From sequence record OU509535.1: 64,000 nucleotides of DNA, one strand, 5' to 3'. Positions within the stretch are counted from its first letter, which is position 1, and every line of letters starts with the position of its first letter. The notes under the pieces are model-generated. The model saw nothing but the letters and a program-made list of their open reading frames with translations, was not told the origin of the DNA and did not search any database. The translations under genes were made by a program, and so were the position numbers. This document shows, one piece after another, positions 14,740-24,890 of the stretch.

Positions 14740-15852
14740 ATGAAACTGACAAGTGGTTTTGCTAATATTTTAAAAAATAGTACTGCATCAGTTAAAAAGA
14801 ATACTGGTGTTAGCGTTGGATTCCATGATCCTGATACATGGATCAGTACTGGTAACTACGCATTGAATTATCGAATGACTACAGATTTTCACAAAGGGGT
14901 GCCGCTCGGCAAAGTTGTGATGCTGGCGGGACAAAGTGGTAGTGGTAAATCATTTATTGCTTCTGGTAATATTGTTCGTGAAGCACAGAAGCAAGGTATA
15001 TTCGTAGTTATTATCGATTCTGAGAACGCATTGGATGAAGATTGGCTACATGCGTTGGGTGTTGATACATCACCCGAAAAATTACTAAAGATGAATATTG
15101 GGCTTTTGAATGATTGTGCTAAATTTACATATGAATTTATTGACGGATATCGTAAAGAATATTCAGATGTACCACGAGAAGAACGCCAGAAAGTTTTATT
15201 TGTGGTAGATAGTCTAGGATTTATGACAGTACCAAATGCGGTAGAACAATTCAAAAATGGTGATATGAAAGGAGATTTAGGACACAAGGCCAAAGCAATG
15301 AAAGCTTATATTACTCAATGTGTAAACTCATTTGGTGATTTAAATATTGGCATGGTTTGTGTTAATCACTCATATGAATCACAAGATATGTTCAATCCTG
15401 ATCCAAAGATTTCTGGTGGTCAAGGTATGGTGTATGCTAGTAGTATGGTATTGGCAATGTCACAATTAAAATTGAAGGAAGACCTTAATGGTGATAAAAC
15501 TTCTGATGTTAATGGTATTCGTGCTATCTGTAAAGTAATGAAATCTAGATATGCAAAACCCCATGAAACTGTAGAAATCAAAATTCCGTGGGATACCGGT
15601 ATGAATCCTTACAGTGGATTAGTTGAAATGTTTGAAAAATATAATCTACTTACAAAATCAGGAAATCGTCTTGTTTATACTGATATTGATACTGGAGAGC
15701 AAATTATCAAATATAGAAAAGCATGGCAATCGAATGAAGATCAGTGTTTGGATTTGATTATGAATCAATTTCACAGAAATCCATTGATTACCCCTGTTTC
15801 AGAAGAAGAAAAAGGTGATGAATCTTTTGGTATTGAACCTGATGTAGAATAA
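14740..15852 (+). CDS. uvsX: RecA/UvsX recombinase
   Basis: ISTGNYALN, Walker A GQSGSGKS, IDSENALD, VVDSL. The ATG at 14740 follows a GGAG SD (the track's 14734 start is TTG). Confidence 0.95.
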   Translation: MKLTSGFANILKNSTASVKKNTGVSVGFHDPDTWISTGNYALNYRMTTDFHKGVPLGKVVMLAGQSGSGKSFIASGNIVREAQKQGIFVVIIDSENALDEDWLHALGVDTSPEKLLKMNIGLLNDCAKFTYEFIDGYRKEYSDVPREERQKVLFVVDSLGFMTVPNAVEQFKNGDMKGDLGHKAKAMKAYITQCVNSFGDLNIGMVCVNHSYESQDMFNPDPKISGGQGMVYASSMVLAMSQLKLKEDLNGDKTSDVNGIRAICKVMKSRYAKPHETVEIKIPWDTGMNPYSGLVEMFEKYNLLTKSGNRLVYTDIDTGEQIIKYRKAWQSNEDQCLDLIMNQFHRNPLITPVSEEEKGDESFGIEPDVE

Positions 15853-15864
15853 CTATTTAAAATT

Positions 15865-15894
15865 ATGGTTGACTTATGTGTCAACCATTTTGTT
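15865..15894 (+). terminator. Rho-independent terminator
   Basis: ATGGTTGAC / GTCAACCAT stem followed by TTTGTT. Confidence 0.65.
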
Positions 15895-15932
15895 ATATTT
15901 TTAGTATAACATTTTAAATGAGAATTTTATAA

Positions 15933-17065
15933 ATGCCTAAAAAATTAACACAAGAAGAAGCTGAGCTAAAAATCATCCAAAAATGCAATGAAAACAATTA
16001 TACATTTGGACATTTTGTATATGTCAATAGCAAAACTACTATAACAATAAAATGTCATTGTGATTATGTATGGGATGTTATATATAATAATTTTGTTAAT
16101 AATGGAACTCGTTGTCCGAAATGTTCTGGCAATTTACGTTTAACACAAGAATATGTGGAAAATAAAGTAGAAGAAATTTGCAAACAAAAACAATATACAT
16201 TTGAAAAATTCATATATATTAATAATAACACAAAAATATCACTAACATGTCATTGTGGTCATAAATGGAAATGTTCTTATGATAATTTTGTTATTAATAA
16301 TAGAGGCTGTAGAAAGTGTGGTGGTACTCTAAAACTTACACAAGAAGAAGCCGAAATGAACATTAAATTGAAATGTATTAATATGAATTATAAATATAAG
16401 CCGTTTATATATAAAAATCAAAAAACTTATATTTCATTTGAATGTCATTGTGGTAATGAATGGAAGTGTGAATATAGATCTTTTATTGATAATGATAGTG
16501 GGTGTCCAAAATGTAATAATGGCGTATCATTCACACAAAAAGAGGCAGAAACTCTTGTAATTGAAAAATGTTTATCTCGTAAGTATACATTTGAAAAATT
16601 TAATTATATTGGGTCTATGAACACAAAATTGAATCTTATTTGTCATTGTGGTAATAGATGGACTTGTGTTTTTCTAATTTTGTAAATCAAAATAATGGCT
16701 GTCCAATATGTTCTGGGAATGAACAACAATATGCTTATATTCATTCTATTATTGATAATGATAATATAATTGCTATAAAATATGGTATAGAAACTATATT
16801 AAATTCAAGACAATTGCAACAAAATAGAAATAGTGTTTATACAATATCTTCATTAAAAACTTACTTTTTTGATAATATAGAAAATTGTAAATTAGCAGAA
16901 AAAGAATGTATTAAACTTTTTCAAAAAGAAAATAAAGAACTTTTCGGAAGAAAAGGTTATGTAACTAAAGAAGAAATGAAGGATGGTTGGTCAGAAACAA
17001 CATCCGTTTCTAACATTGATAAAATCATTTCTATCTATGAAAAATGGGGTGGAATTAAACAATAA
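15933..17065 (+). pseudogene. Free-standing homing endonuclease (tandem CxC...CxxC zinc repeats plus a C-terminal T5orf172/GIY-YIG-like domain), split by a 1-nt frameshift
   Basis: Four CHC...W...CxxC repeats. The 4th repeat is completed only by moving from frame 15933 to frame 16658 at the T5 run 16669-16673. C-terminal domain has YAYIH, KYGI and GWSET. Confidence 0.75.
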
Positions 17066-17529
17066 TGGCAAAACCGTGGCATTGGATAATTAAGGACGAT
17101 AAGAGCAAACTTCTTGATTTGATTACATATTTCAGTACTGAAATTGATGAAGCAAAGAAGGAAGTTAAAAAGGTTGGTTCTGTTGAGAAATTAGCACAAG
17201 ACTTACCTGGCTGGCATGAAACACGTTTGTCCCAATTACAAGAACTTGAAGCAGTACTGGAAACACTTGAAATAGAAATGAAACAAATACAGGCAGAAAA
17301 ATTTAAATACTATCTGGAATCATATCGACGTCAGCTATCCAGTTCAGACTGTAAGAAGTATGTTGAGGGTGATAAAGACGTGTGTGATTTGGCTGAAGTT
17401 ATTAACGAAGTTGCTTTTCTACGAAATCAATACACCAGTATTATTAAATCATTAGAAATGAAAGCATTCCAATTAAACAATATTGTTAAATTGCGTTGTG
17501 CTGGCTTGGAAGACATTAGACTAGATTAG
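17065..17529 (+). CDS. uvsY: UvsY-like recombination mediator
   Basis: Helical coiled coil with KYYLESYRRQLSSSDCKKYVEGD motif, located between uvsX and uvsW. Confidence 0.7.
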   Translation: MAKPWHWIIKDDKSKLLDLITYFSTEIDEAKKEVKKVGSVEKLAQDLPGWHETRLSQLQELEAVLETLEIEMKQIQAEKFKYYLESYRRQLSSSDCKKYVEGDKDVCDLAEVINEVAFLRNQYTSIIKSLEMKAFQLNNIVKLRCAGLEDIRLD

Positions 17530-17531
17530 AA

Positions 17532-17555
17532 AAAAGGACGCTTATGCGTCCTTTT
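17532..17555 (+). terminator. Rho-independent terminator (possibly bidirectional)
   Basis: AAAAGGACGC-TTAT-GCGTCCTTTT. Confidence 0.85.
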
Positions 17556-17574
17556 ATACGTTATAGGGAAATAT

Positions 17575-18396
17575 ATGACAAATAAACTTGAAGAATTTGT
17601 GAATTCTATTGCAGTACTGGATACTGAAACCAATGGTATTCTTGAAACCGATGAAATTATAGAATTTAGTATTTCATTTCCAGAATCATTGAATGATTCT
17701 ATTGATAATATAATGAATTACACCAATCGTTATAAACCACAAAAAGAAGTACCAGCTATAGCAAGTTCAGTTCATTTTATTACAAATGAAGATTTGGAAA
17801 GTTGTGGAACTTATGATTCTGAATTACCAACAATTGATGCATTAATGGGAAGTCGTCAATATTATGTTGGTCACAATGTACAGTTTGATCGTAGAATGAT
17901 GCGTCAATGTGAAGATAAATATCGCAGTGAACCTTCTCAATATCTATATAAAGATAATTGGATTTGCACTTTACGATTAGCCAAAAAACTTCATGCAGAA
18001 GATTCTGATTACGATAATATGACTCTAAGTTACTTATGGTTTAAACTTGGGTGTTATAAGGGGCATCGTAAAGTAGAAGCACATAGTGCACGTGATGATG
18101 TTTTTATGTGTTACTCGGTGCTAATTAAATTAGTTGAAGAATGCATTTCACTTGGAATCATTGATCCAAATAATGATATTGGATCTCAAATTATTCAGTA
18201 CTGTAATACTCCTATTATCTATGAAAAAGTAACATTTGGTAAACACAAAGGAATGGATTTTTCTGAATTACCAATGGATTACCTTATGTGGATGATTACA
18301 AATAGTGACATTTTAAATACTGACAAAGAAGATTGTGATATGGATTTGGTGGCAACTTTTGAGTACGAATATAACAGAAGGACAAACGCCAATTAA
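17575..18396 (+). CDS. DEDDh 3'-5' exonuclease (ExoX / epsilon-like)
   Basis: VLDTETNG, GHNVQFD, AHSARDD; C-terminal TFGKHKG module. Confidence 0.88.
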   Translation: MTNKLEEFVNSIAVLDTETNGILETDEIIEFSISFPESLNDSIDNIMNYTNRYKPQKEVPAIASSVHFITNEDLESCGTYDSELPTIDALMGSRQYYVGHNVQFDRRMMRQCEDKYRSEPSQYLYKDNWICTLRLAKKLHAEDSDYDNMTLSYLWFKLGCYKGHRKVEAHSARDDVFMCYSVLIKLVEECISLGIIDPNNDIGSQIIQYCNTPIIYEKVTFGKHKGMDFSELPMDYLMWMITNSDILNTDKEDCDMDLVATFEYEYNRRTNAN

Positions 18397-18413
18397 TAAC
18401 AAGGAAGATATAA

Positions 18414-19949
18414 ATGGAAATACCAAAAGTAGGAACAGGAACGTTCAGACCAAAGGCCAAAAAAGGTACTTCGTGTAAATTGATTATTCAAGATGAGGTT
18501 AATTGTAAGTTCGAAGGGTTAGATCCTTCCTTGCGTTCATTATTGATAAAAGAAGTATCATATATTTTACCATATGCGAAATTCACTCCAGCAGGTAGAC
18601 TTGGCCGCTGGAATGGTGAAGTGAATTTTATGAATATGGGTGGTGGTACATATTTACATATGCTTGATAAACTTCTTCCAATATTAGATGAGTACGAAGT
18701 ACAAATTGAATTAGAAGATCATAGGATTGATTATGGTTTTCAGTTCGATCCGATTGATGAGAATATTTTCAGTGATGTAGTATTTCCAATTGGGCATCAC
18801 ATGGAAGGTAAAAGTGTTATTCTTCGTGAACATCAAGTAAACTCAGTAAATGCATGTTTGGCAAATCCTCATGGATTGTTATTAGCAGCAACTGGAGCCG
18901 GAAAGACGATTATCTGTGCAGCGTTAGCTCGTTCAGTACAGAAATACGGTCGTTCAGTAATTGTTGTCCCTAGTACTGATTTAGTTCAACAGACATATAA
19001 TGATTATGTTATGATGGGACTTGATACTGGGATGTTTTGTGGTGCTCAAAAGGATTTCGGTCATCAACATACTATTACTACATGGCAATCATTTAACTCC
19101 TTGTGGAAAAAAACCAAGAAGGGTGAAATAGAATTAACAGAGCAAGATGTTCATGATTTTATTGATGGTGTTGTTTGTGTTATTGTTGATGAAGTACAAA
19201 CAGCCAGAGGTGATGCATTATCTAATCTATTATCAAAAGTAATGCAGAATGTTCCTTTGCGTTGGGGTTTAACTGGAACAATTCCAAAAGATCAAATTGA
19301 AGCAGCCAGAATTAAATGCAATCTTGGCAATGTGATTTATACTGTTACATCAAAAGAATTACAAGATAAAAAGATACTAAGCACGTGTAACATTAGTTGT
19401 ATAAAATTAAAAAGTTCAATGAAGTTTGAGAATTATGCCGAAGAATTAAAATTTCTAACAACTGATAGAGAAAGAATGTCATATGTTGCTAAGCTTATTC
19501 AAGCATTATCTGAATCAGGTAATACATTAGTATTGGTTGATAGAATTGAATGTGGTAATCTTTTATGTGAATTTTTAGGTTTACCAAAATCAGAATTTGT
19601 TAAAGGTGACACAAAGAAAAAAGATCGTGAATCTTCTTATGGTGAAATTCGCTGGGCTGATAATAAAATTTTAATTGCTACATATGGGGTTGCTAGTACA
19701 GGCATAAGTATTTCACGACTATATAACGTAGTTCTTATAGAACCTGGAAAAAGTTTCATTAAGACAATTCAAAGTATAGGACGTGGATTACGCGTTGCCG
19801 AAGACAAAGACCATGTTGAAATCATTGATATCAGTAGTTCAACGAAATACAGTGCAAAACATCTCAGAGAGCGTTTGGTTTATTACAAGGAAGCAAAATA
19901 TCCACATAATGTCATAGAAGTAAAAGACTGGCAAAATCTCTCAGACTAA
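18414..19949 (+). CDS. uvsW: SF2 DNA helicase UvsW
   Basis: LREHQ, Walker A ATGAGKT, VDEVQ, GLTGT, QSIGRGLR. Confidence 0.92.
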   Translation: MEIPKVGTGTFRPKAKKGTSCKLIIQDEVNCKFEGLDPSLRSLLIKEVSYILPYAKFTPAGRLGRWNGEVNFMNMGGGTYLHMLDKLLPILDEYEVQIELEDHRIDYGFQFDPIDENIFSDVVFPIGHHMEGKSVILREHQVNSVNACLANPHGLLLAATGAGKTIICAALARSVQKYGRSVIVVPSTDLVQQTYNDYVMMGLDTGMFCGAQKDFGHQHTITTWQSFNSLWKKTKKGEIELTEQDVHDFIDGVVCVIVDEVQTARGDALSNLLSKVMQNVPLRWGLTGTIPKDQIEAARIKCNLGNVIYTVTSKELQDKKILSTCNISCIKLKSSMKFENYAEELKFLTTDRERMSYVAKLIQALSESGNTLVLVDRIECGNLLCEFLGLPKSEFVKGDTKKKDRESSYGEIRWADNKILIATYGVASTGISISRLYNVVLIEPGKSFIKTIQSIGRGLRVAEDKDHVEIIDISSSTKYSAKHLRERLVYYKEAKYPHNVIEVKDWQNLSD

Positions 19950-19965
19950 AAAAATGGATTGAAGC

Positions 19966-19993
19966 TGAATGAAATTGAAAAAAATGATATAAT
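19966..19993 (+). promoter_or_regulatory. TGAACA-class promoter variant (TGAATG-N16-TATAAT, TG extended -10)
   Basis: Intergenic, upstream of the 20026 ATG. Confidence 0.5.
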
Positions 19994-20025
19994 TATTGTG
20001 TAAAATCAACAAGGAAGTAGAAATT

Positions 20026-20451
20026 ATGGAATTAAGAACTAGCATTTCTTTTATTGGTACTGAAGATGTACTATCTAAAATCGATTATCTAATCAATGAA
20101 GAATCTCTTATTGATGATATGGTTTATTCGCTGGATTTTATCTCTGAACTGGAAACAGAAGATACTTATGTTTATCGTTGTTACAGTACTGGTGATTCGT
20201 GGGTAAACATCTATGATATTCATTCACGATTTTCTACAAATGGAATTGATAAATGTGATATCATTTACACCAGTACTGATTCAGAGACTTATGTTGATGT
20301 AATCAGTTTGAGTGGAAATTTTGATGCTTATGTTGATTGTGATCCTGAAAAAATTCAGGAAATTTGTGAAACATATGGACTTGAATTTTTTGGTTCAGAT
20401 GAACCAGAAGAAGAATACGACGACGATGAAGAAGAAGAGGGATATTATTGA
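20026..20451 (+). CDS. Acidic hypothetical protein (about 141 aa)
   Basis: Probable start is the ATG at 20026 after AAGGAAG; very acidic C-terminus. Confidence 0.65.
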   Translation: MELRTSISFIGTEDVLSKIDYLINEESLIDDMVYSLDFISELETEDTYVYRCYSTGDSWVNIYDIHSRFSTNGIDKCDIIYTSTDSETYVDVISLSGNFDAYVDCDPEKIQEICETYGLEFFGSDEPEEEYDDDEEEEGYY

Positions 20452-20948
20452 TGAATATTTTAACACCAGAAAATAACGCATTTGATATGGATTTGGTATC
20501 AGATTTAATTCCCGAAGAAATGTATTGTGTACTGGATTTAAGTCCAGGTGGCGATAGTGATTTTTATTTTCGTCATATCCTCAATACTATTACATTCAAC
20601 AGCAACAGTGCTGATATTCAAATTGGTAATAAAGTACTACAAGTGCCTCTCAACTGGCAAATTATGTTAGGTGACGAAGACACTGGAATGGTAGAAATGT
20701 GTACTATTGAAAACATTCTTAATATGAAAGAACCAAAAGCATATGTTTTCAATCCAATTCGTTCTATGTATCCACGTTTTGAACCAGTTAAAGTACTAAG
20801 AGCATTTACTCTACCTACTAAATGGCAAATTCCAATTGTACCAAAAAAGAATTTGCTATGTGTTCCATTACAACACGGTTCTAATCCACCTTGCGTATAT
20901 TTCGCAGATGAAAATGAGAAAATTCAGGATTTACATTTGGGGCTATAA
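20451..20948 (+). CDS. Conserved hypothetical beta-rich protein (possibly Hint-like fold)
   Basis: TGATG coupling to the upstream gene; beta-strand periodicity. Confidence 0.6.
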   Translation: MNILTPENNAFDMDLVSDLIPEEMYCVLDLSPGGDSDFYFRHILNTITFNSNSADIQIGNKVLQVPLNWQIMLGDEDTGMVEMCTIENILNMKEPKAYVFNPIRSMYPRFEPVKVLRAFTLPTKWQIPIVPKKNLLCVPLQHGSNPPCVYFADENEKIQDLHLGL

Positions 20949-21745
20949 TGTCTGATAAAAAAGAATTACAAATTCAGGATGTATTACATCATATTGATAT
21001 TGCAGATTATAAGTATTATGATACACTTAGTGACGAAGAAAAGAAAAGTTTCACGCCATATACTGTTTTGAGATGGGTAAGTGCGTTGGACGATTCGTTA
21101 TTGGTTACTTACAATGCAAAAGAGATTGAAAATGTATTCGGTAAATGGAAGAATGGTGGCAAAGAAGCATTGAACGAGCTTGTATTGGAACTCCAGAAAG
21201 ATGGAGTTGGTGTTTTGAATGTATCAAAATATTGCCACACTGAACCTTATGACTGGAGAATCAAATTTTCAGTTAAAGATAAAAAATCGAGTGAAAAATT
21301 GATTTCAACACTTAAAGATTTTAGAATTAACTCATCTGAGATTCTCCAACTGGAAAATAGTGATGTACTAAAATATCAATTAATCTTTTTAAATGATATG
21401 GTTAACGATGGATTTTGGGAAATGAAAGACCATCCTGATTTAGTGTATCAATTGATGTGTTCGGTTCAGGATATGGTTGGTGCTGAACCTAAAGTACATA
21501 ACTGGATCCCGTTTACTAAAGGTTTGAAGAATGTTAGTACTGAATTATTCAATATCATTAAACAAACCCAACCCGAATTAACACGAGAAAATATAAACGA
21601 GCTTGAATATAAAATTCTCCTTTTATCTTACTCTAAAGAATCTTTTAAAGAACTACTTGATGATTTTGGATATCAGGAGAGTGAAGTTAAAAAATTGTTA
21701 AAAACATTTAAAGAAGAATGTTCGAAATATGGCAAAGAGATCTAG
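20948..21745 (+). CDS. Hypothetical protein; N-terminus resembles a clamp-loader small (gp62-like) subunit
   Basis: YYDTLSDEEKKSFTPYTVLRWVS N-terminal pattern; assignment is from recollection only. Confidence 0.35.
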   Translation: MSDKKELQIQDVLHHIDIADYKYYDTLSDEEKKSFTPYTVLRWVSALDDSLLVTYNAKEIENVFGKWKNGGKEALNELVLELQKDGVGVLNVSKYCHTEPYDWRIKFSVKDKKSSEKLISTLKDFRINSSEILQLENSDVLKYQLIFLNDMVNDGFWEMKDHPDLVYQLMCSVQDMVGAEPKVHNWIPFTKGLKNVSTELFNIIKQTQPELTRENINELEYKILLLSYSKESFKELLDDFGYQESEVKKLLKTFKEECSKYGKEI

Positions 21746-22475
21746 TACAGGGGGAATAAAAACCCCTATCAAGAAAATTAAAAAAGAAGAATATGTATGT
21801 TATTTCTGTGATAAAAAATTTAAAAGAGAAAATACTATACTAACGCATAAATGTATTAAACGTGACCGATATAATGATCGAGAAAGTCGTTTAATGCGAG
21901 AAGCATTAAGAATATATCTTTTGTTTATGAAAATAAATCATTTACCACTAAAGAAAGATGTTGAACCACTAATGTATTTTATCAAATCTTTGTATTTTAA
22001 TGACTTCTATGATTTCGCTAATTACATTCTAAATAATGATATACTTGAAAAAGAAAGATTTTTGAATCACATTATGACTAGTGGTATGTCAGTGCAGAAA
22101 TGGACTACCCATGCAGTACTTGAAGAGTGGGTTCTTCATGTATTAAAATATGAACATCCAGAACGTGGTGTAGAACGTTCTATTATGGCAATAGTCGAAT
22201 GGTCTGAATTGACGTCAAACGAATGGACTACATTTTTTGATAATGTTTCTCCTGCTCGTTTTATTGCATGGGTAGAAAGTGGTAAAATATCTCCATGGTT
22301 ATTATGGACTGTTCCACCGGAAGTGCTTAGAAAAATAACAGACCGACTTAGTGATTCTGAGCTTGAATATATAGTCAAATATATTGATCCTACTTATTAT
22401 CAAATAAAAAGTATAAATCCTTATCAAGTATCAGTGCAAAAATTAAAAACTATATTACAAGATTCGGGATTTTAA
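21729..22475 (+). CDS. C2H2/C2HC zinc-finger hypothetical protein (248 aa)
   Basis: YVCYFCDKKFKRENTILTHKC. Confidence 0.65.
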   Translation: MAKRSSTGGIKTPIKKIKKEEYVCYFCDKKFKRENTILTHKCIKRDRYNDRESRLMREALRIYLLFMKINHLPLKKDVEPLMYFIKSLYFNDFYDFANYILNNDILEKERFLNHIMTSGMSVQKWTTHAVLEEWVLHVLKYEHPERGVERSIMAIVEWSELTSNEWTTFFDNVSPARFIAWVESGKISPWLLWTVPPEVLRKITDRLSDSELEYIVKYIDPTYYQIKSINPYQVSVQKLKTILQDSGF

Positions 22476-22478
22476 AAT

Positions 22479-22844
22479 ATGAGTATATATAAACAAACGA
22501 TCAATGAAGGTAAAATTGATAATCTCTATCACAGAAATGTAACTAAACCAGAAGTACAGAGTATTAAAAAATCATCTGAACTTAAATTGCTCAGAAGTGG
22601 AAGTGTAACTGAAATAACACTGGATGATAAAACATTTCAGGTTTATGATGCACATAAGATTCATAATATTATTACGTTCGTTGAACGACATGAAGATAGT
22701 ATATTCAATTTAAGACAAGATAATAATAATCTTAAAAAACAAATACAAATACTATCAAAGAATATTCAAACATTACAAAGTACTGTTACAAAATTACAGG
22801 AACAATTAAAAAATGCAGGATTCAGTTCAAACAACTACTTATAA
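22479..22844 (+). CDS. Coiled-coil hypothetical protein (121 aa)
   Basis: Heptad C-terminus; N-terminal TINE|G candidate protease site. Confidence 0.6.
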   Translation: MSIYKQTINEGKIDNLYHRNVTKPEVQSIKKSSELKLLRSGSVTEITLDDKTFQVYDAHKIHNIITFVERHEDSIFNLRQDNNNLKKQIQILSKNIQTLQSTVTKLQEQLKNAGFSSNNYL

Positions 22845-23454
22845 AAAAGCAAGAACCGACATTGACATTGATGTAAAAGATGCAAAAGAAGTAATAAGTA
22901 TTCTTCCTTGTACAAGGAGTACTGAAAAAATTAATGAAAGTGGGTTAATCGTTCATAATAGTGGAGTTCATTTTGATAATATTCCTGTTGATCCTGTTAC
23001 TGGGTATAGTAGTATTGAATATAAAAAAGCCGAACAATTAGGGTATCAAAAAGTTGATATCCTTTCTAATTCAGCTTATAAGTACGTGAGAGACCGAGAA
23101 CATTTAATTGAACTCGTTAATAAAGAACCACAATGGGATTTATTGCTGATACCAGAAATAGTAGAAGAATTGTCACATATTAAAAAACACATTTCACTTC
23201 TTAATGTATGGAAACCACAAAGCATAGATGAACTGGCAATGTTTATTGCCATGATTCGTCCGGGGAAATACAAATGCCAAAGTATGAATTCATGGGATGA
23301 AGTACGTAAAGAAATATGGGATTACAGTACTGTACCAGTACAGGCAGATGGTAAAAAGGTAATGTATTTCAAAAAACCACATGCTTACGCGTATAGTTTT
23401 ATGATTGTGGTGCAATTGAACGCATTAGTTGAACACATTATGTCCTCTTCTTGA
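22813..23454 (+). CDS. dnaE: DnaE (Pol III alpha)-like minimal catalytic fragment, C-part
   Basis: TDIDID, HNSGV, KVDILSN, AMIRPG and FKKPHAYAY occur in DnaE order within only 213 aa. Confidence 0.8.
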   Translation: MQDSVQTTTYKKARTDIDIDVKDAKEVISILPCTRSTEKINESGLIVHNSGVHFDNIPVDPVTGYSSIEYKKAEQLGYQKVDILSNSAYKYVRDREHLIELVNKEPQWDLLLIPEIVEELSHIKKHISLLNVWKPQSIDELAMFIAMIRPGKYKCQSMNSWDEVRKEIWDYSTVPVQADGKKVMYFKKPHAYAYSFMIVVQLNALVEHIMSSS

Positions 23455-23794
23455 GAGCAACATTTCTTCGTTTAATTCGTTTTTGCGGTAAATCACTTAA
23501 AGATGTTTGTGGTCCACTGATGAATTTAATTTGTGGTGTATCGAAACGCTTAGTATAGTTTTCAAATTTTTCCATTTCTTCCTGGAAAAATAAACATACT
23601 GGAATCAGCCTATTACTCTGAAACCACCAGTCTTCTGCTAACTGGAGTATTTCCTCTCTTTCTTTTTTAGACATAAGATCCAAGCAATAGAGTGTTGTGT
23701 ATTTGGTACTCTTTATTTTAATTATCCCAATGTAGGTATTTTCGTTGTGGTCGAGTACTGTAATGTATTCGGGAAATGCTTGGTATTGATTCAT
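23438..23794 (-). CDS. Conserved hypothetical protein (118 aa)
   Basis: GGAAG SD and a perfect TATAAATA on the minus strand upstream. Confidence 0.7.
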   Translation of the reverse strand: MNQYQAFPEYITVLDHNENTYIGIIKIKSTKYTTLYCLDLMSKKEREEILQLAEDWWFQSNRLIPVCLFFQEEMEKFENYTKRFDTPQIKFISGPQTSLSDLPQKRIKRRNVALKKRT

Positions 23795-23802
23795 ATCACT
23801 TC

Positions 23803-23840
23803 CATAAATATTATATAGGTTTTAGTATTAAGTATTTATA
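23803..23840. promoter_or_regulatory. Face-to-face divergent late promoters: CATAAATA (+, 23803-10) and TATAAATA (-, 23833-40)
   Basis: Each TAAATA core points toward a gene that starts beyond the other core. Confidence 0.55.
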
Positions 23841-23854
23841 GAAGGAAAATATTA

Positions 23855-24832
23855 ATGTCTCATAGTGGCGTATATATGTACCCATATAATCAGGAAGTAT
23901 CATTAGGAAATTTCAATATGCCATTTCATAATGAGAAAATTGTTATATACAGAGGTGCGAATAATAATTTATCCTTTACAATCCATAATGCTGATGGAAA
24001 ATATACAAAAATAAAAGACAATGAATATTTGACATTCATGATCTTCGATGCAAGAAATAATAGTATTTTATTTAATACTGTACTTGATAAACAAATTCCA
24101 TCGTGGTTATCTGAGAGTGGTCAGGCACGACAATCACTTGGTAATAAAGAAAAAGTTTATTATGGTTGTGTTGTTCCTGCTGGTGTTATTCAGGATACTA
24201 GTCCAGGTTTAAAATATCGATGGAGTATTGTCAAAACTACTATTGATGGTTCTCTTCTTGAACCCACTCAATATTTGTATACTGGACTTGATTATGAAGC
24301 ATATGGTGAATTACAAATTTCAGATAAAGCTGCACCTGTGTTTGTCCCCAGTACTGAAGTTTCTAAGGATAAAAATTCTTCATGGAAGTCTATCAAAGAT
24401 AGTTACAGAGAAGTTATCAGTGATTCTTTAAAAGGTGAATATGATGTAATGTGTACTTCTCCATTAGCAGCACAAATGCAATATGGGTTAGTTGATGGAT
24501 TGAGTACAATTGCACTTTATACTGATAATTTTATTGGAAGAATACAATTACAAGGTTCACTTGAAAATAATGTACCGTCTGATGCAGAGAATTACAAATG
24601 GTTTATTATTAAATTAGATTCAAGTGAATACATTCAAAATAGTATAGATGAAAATGGATTCATTATTCCTATGAATGGAATACAGACATTTAATTTTAAA
24701 GGCAATTATATGTGGTTAAGAGTTGTGGTATGTATTCCACCAATCGAGTATACGGTTCCTTATGATTATAATACTGTGCGTAAAGAATACGATCCATTAA
24801 AAACACTTCCAAAAATATTGATTCGTCGATAA
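23855..24832 (+). CDS. Probable virion structural (tail/baseplate/neck-like) protein, 325 aa
   Basis: Beta-rich, with a late-type promoter; IVIYRGANNNLSFTIHNADG resembles the start of a BppU-like domain. Confidence 0.45.
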   Translation: MSHSGVYMYPYNQEVSLGNFNMPFHNEKIVIYRGANNNLSFTIHNADGKYTKIKDNEYLTFMIFDARNNSILFNTVLDKQIPSWLSESGQARQSLGNKEKVYYGCVVPAGVIQDTSPGLKYRWSIVKTTIDGSLLEPTQYLYTGLDYEAYGELQISDKAAPVFVPSTEVSKDKNSSWKSIKDSYREVISDSLKGEYDVMCTSPLAAQMQYGLVDGLSTIALYTDNFIGRIQLQGSLENNVPSDAENYKWFIIKLDSSEYIQNSIDENGFIIPMNGIQTFNFKGNYMWLRVVVCIPPIEYTVPYDYNTVRKEYDPLKTLPKILIRR

Positions 24833-24835
24833 ATT

Positions 24836-24864
24836 TGAACAAAAATACCTTTTAGTGATAGAAT
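24836..24864 (+). promoter_or_regulatory. TGAACA-class promoter (TGAACA-N17-TAGAAT, TG extended -10)
   Basis: Directly upstream of the primase-helicase operon. Confidence 0.65.
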
Positions 24865-24890
24865 GTTTTTATCAAAAGAAGGAAAACGAG

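Noticed and set aside
15869-15899. TTGACT...TATATT as a sigma70 promoter for the homing endonuclease
   Set aside because: The spacer is 19 nt and the -35 lies inside a terminator stem; not supported.
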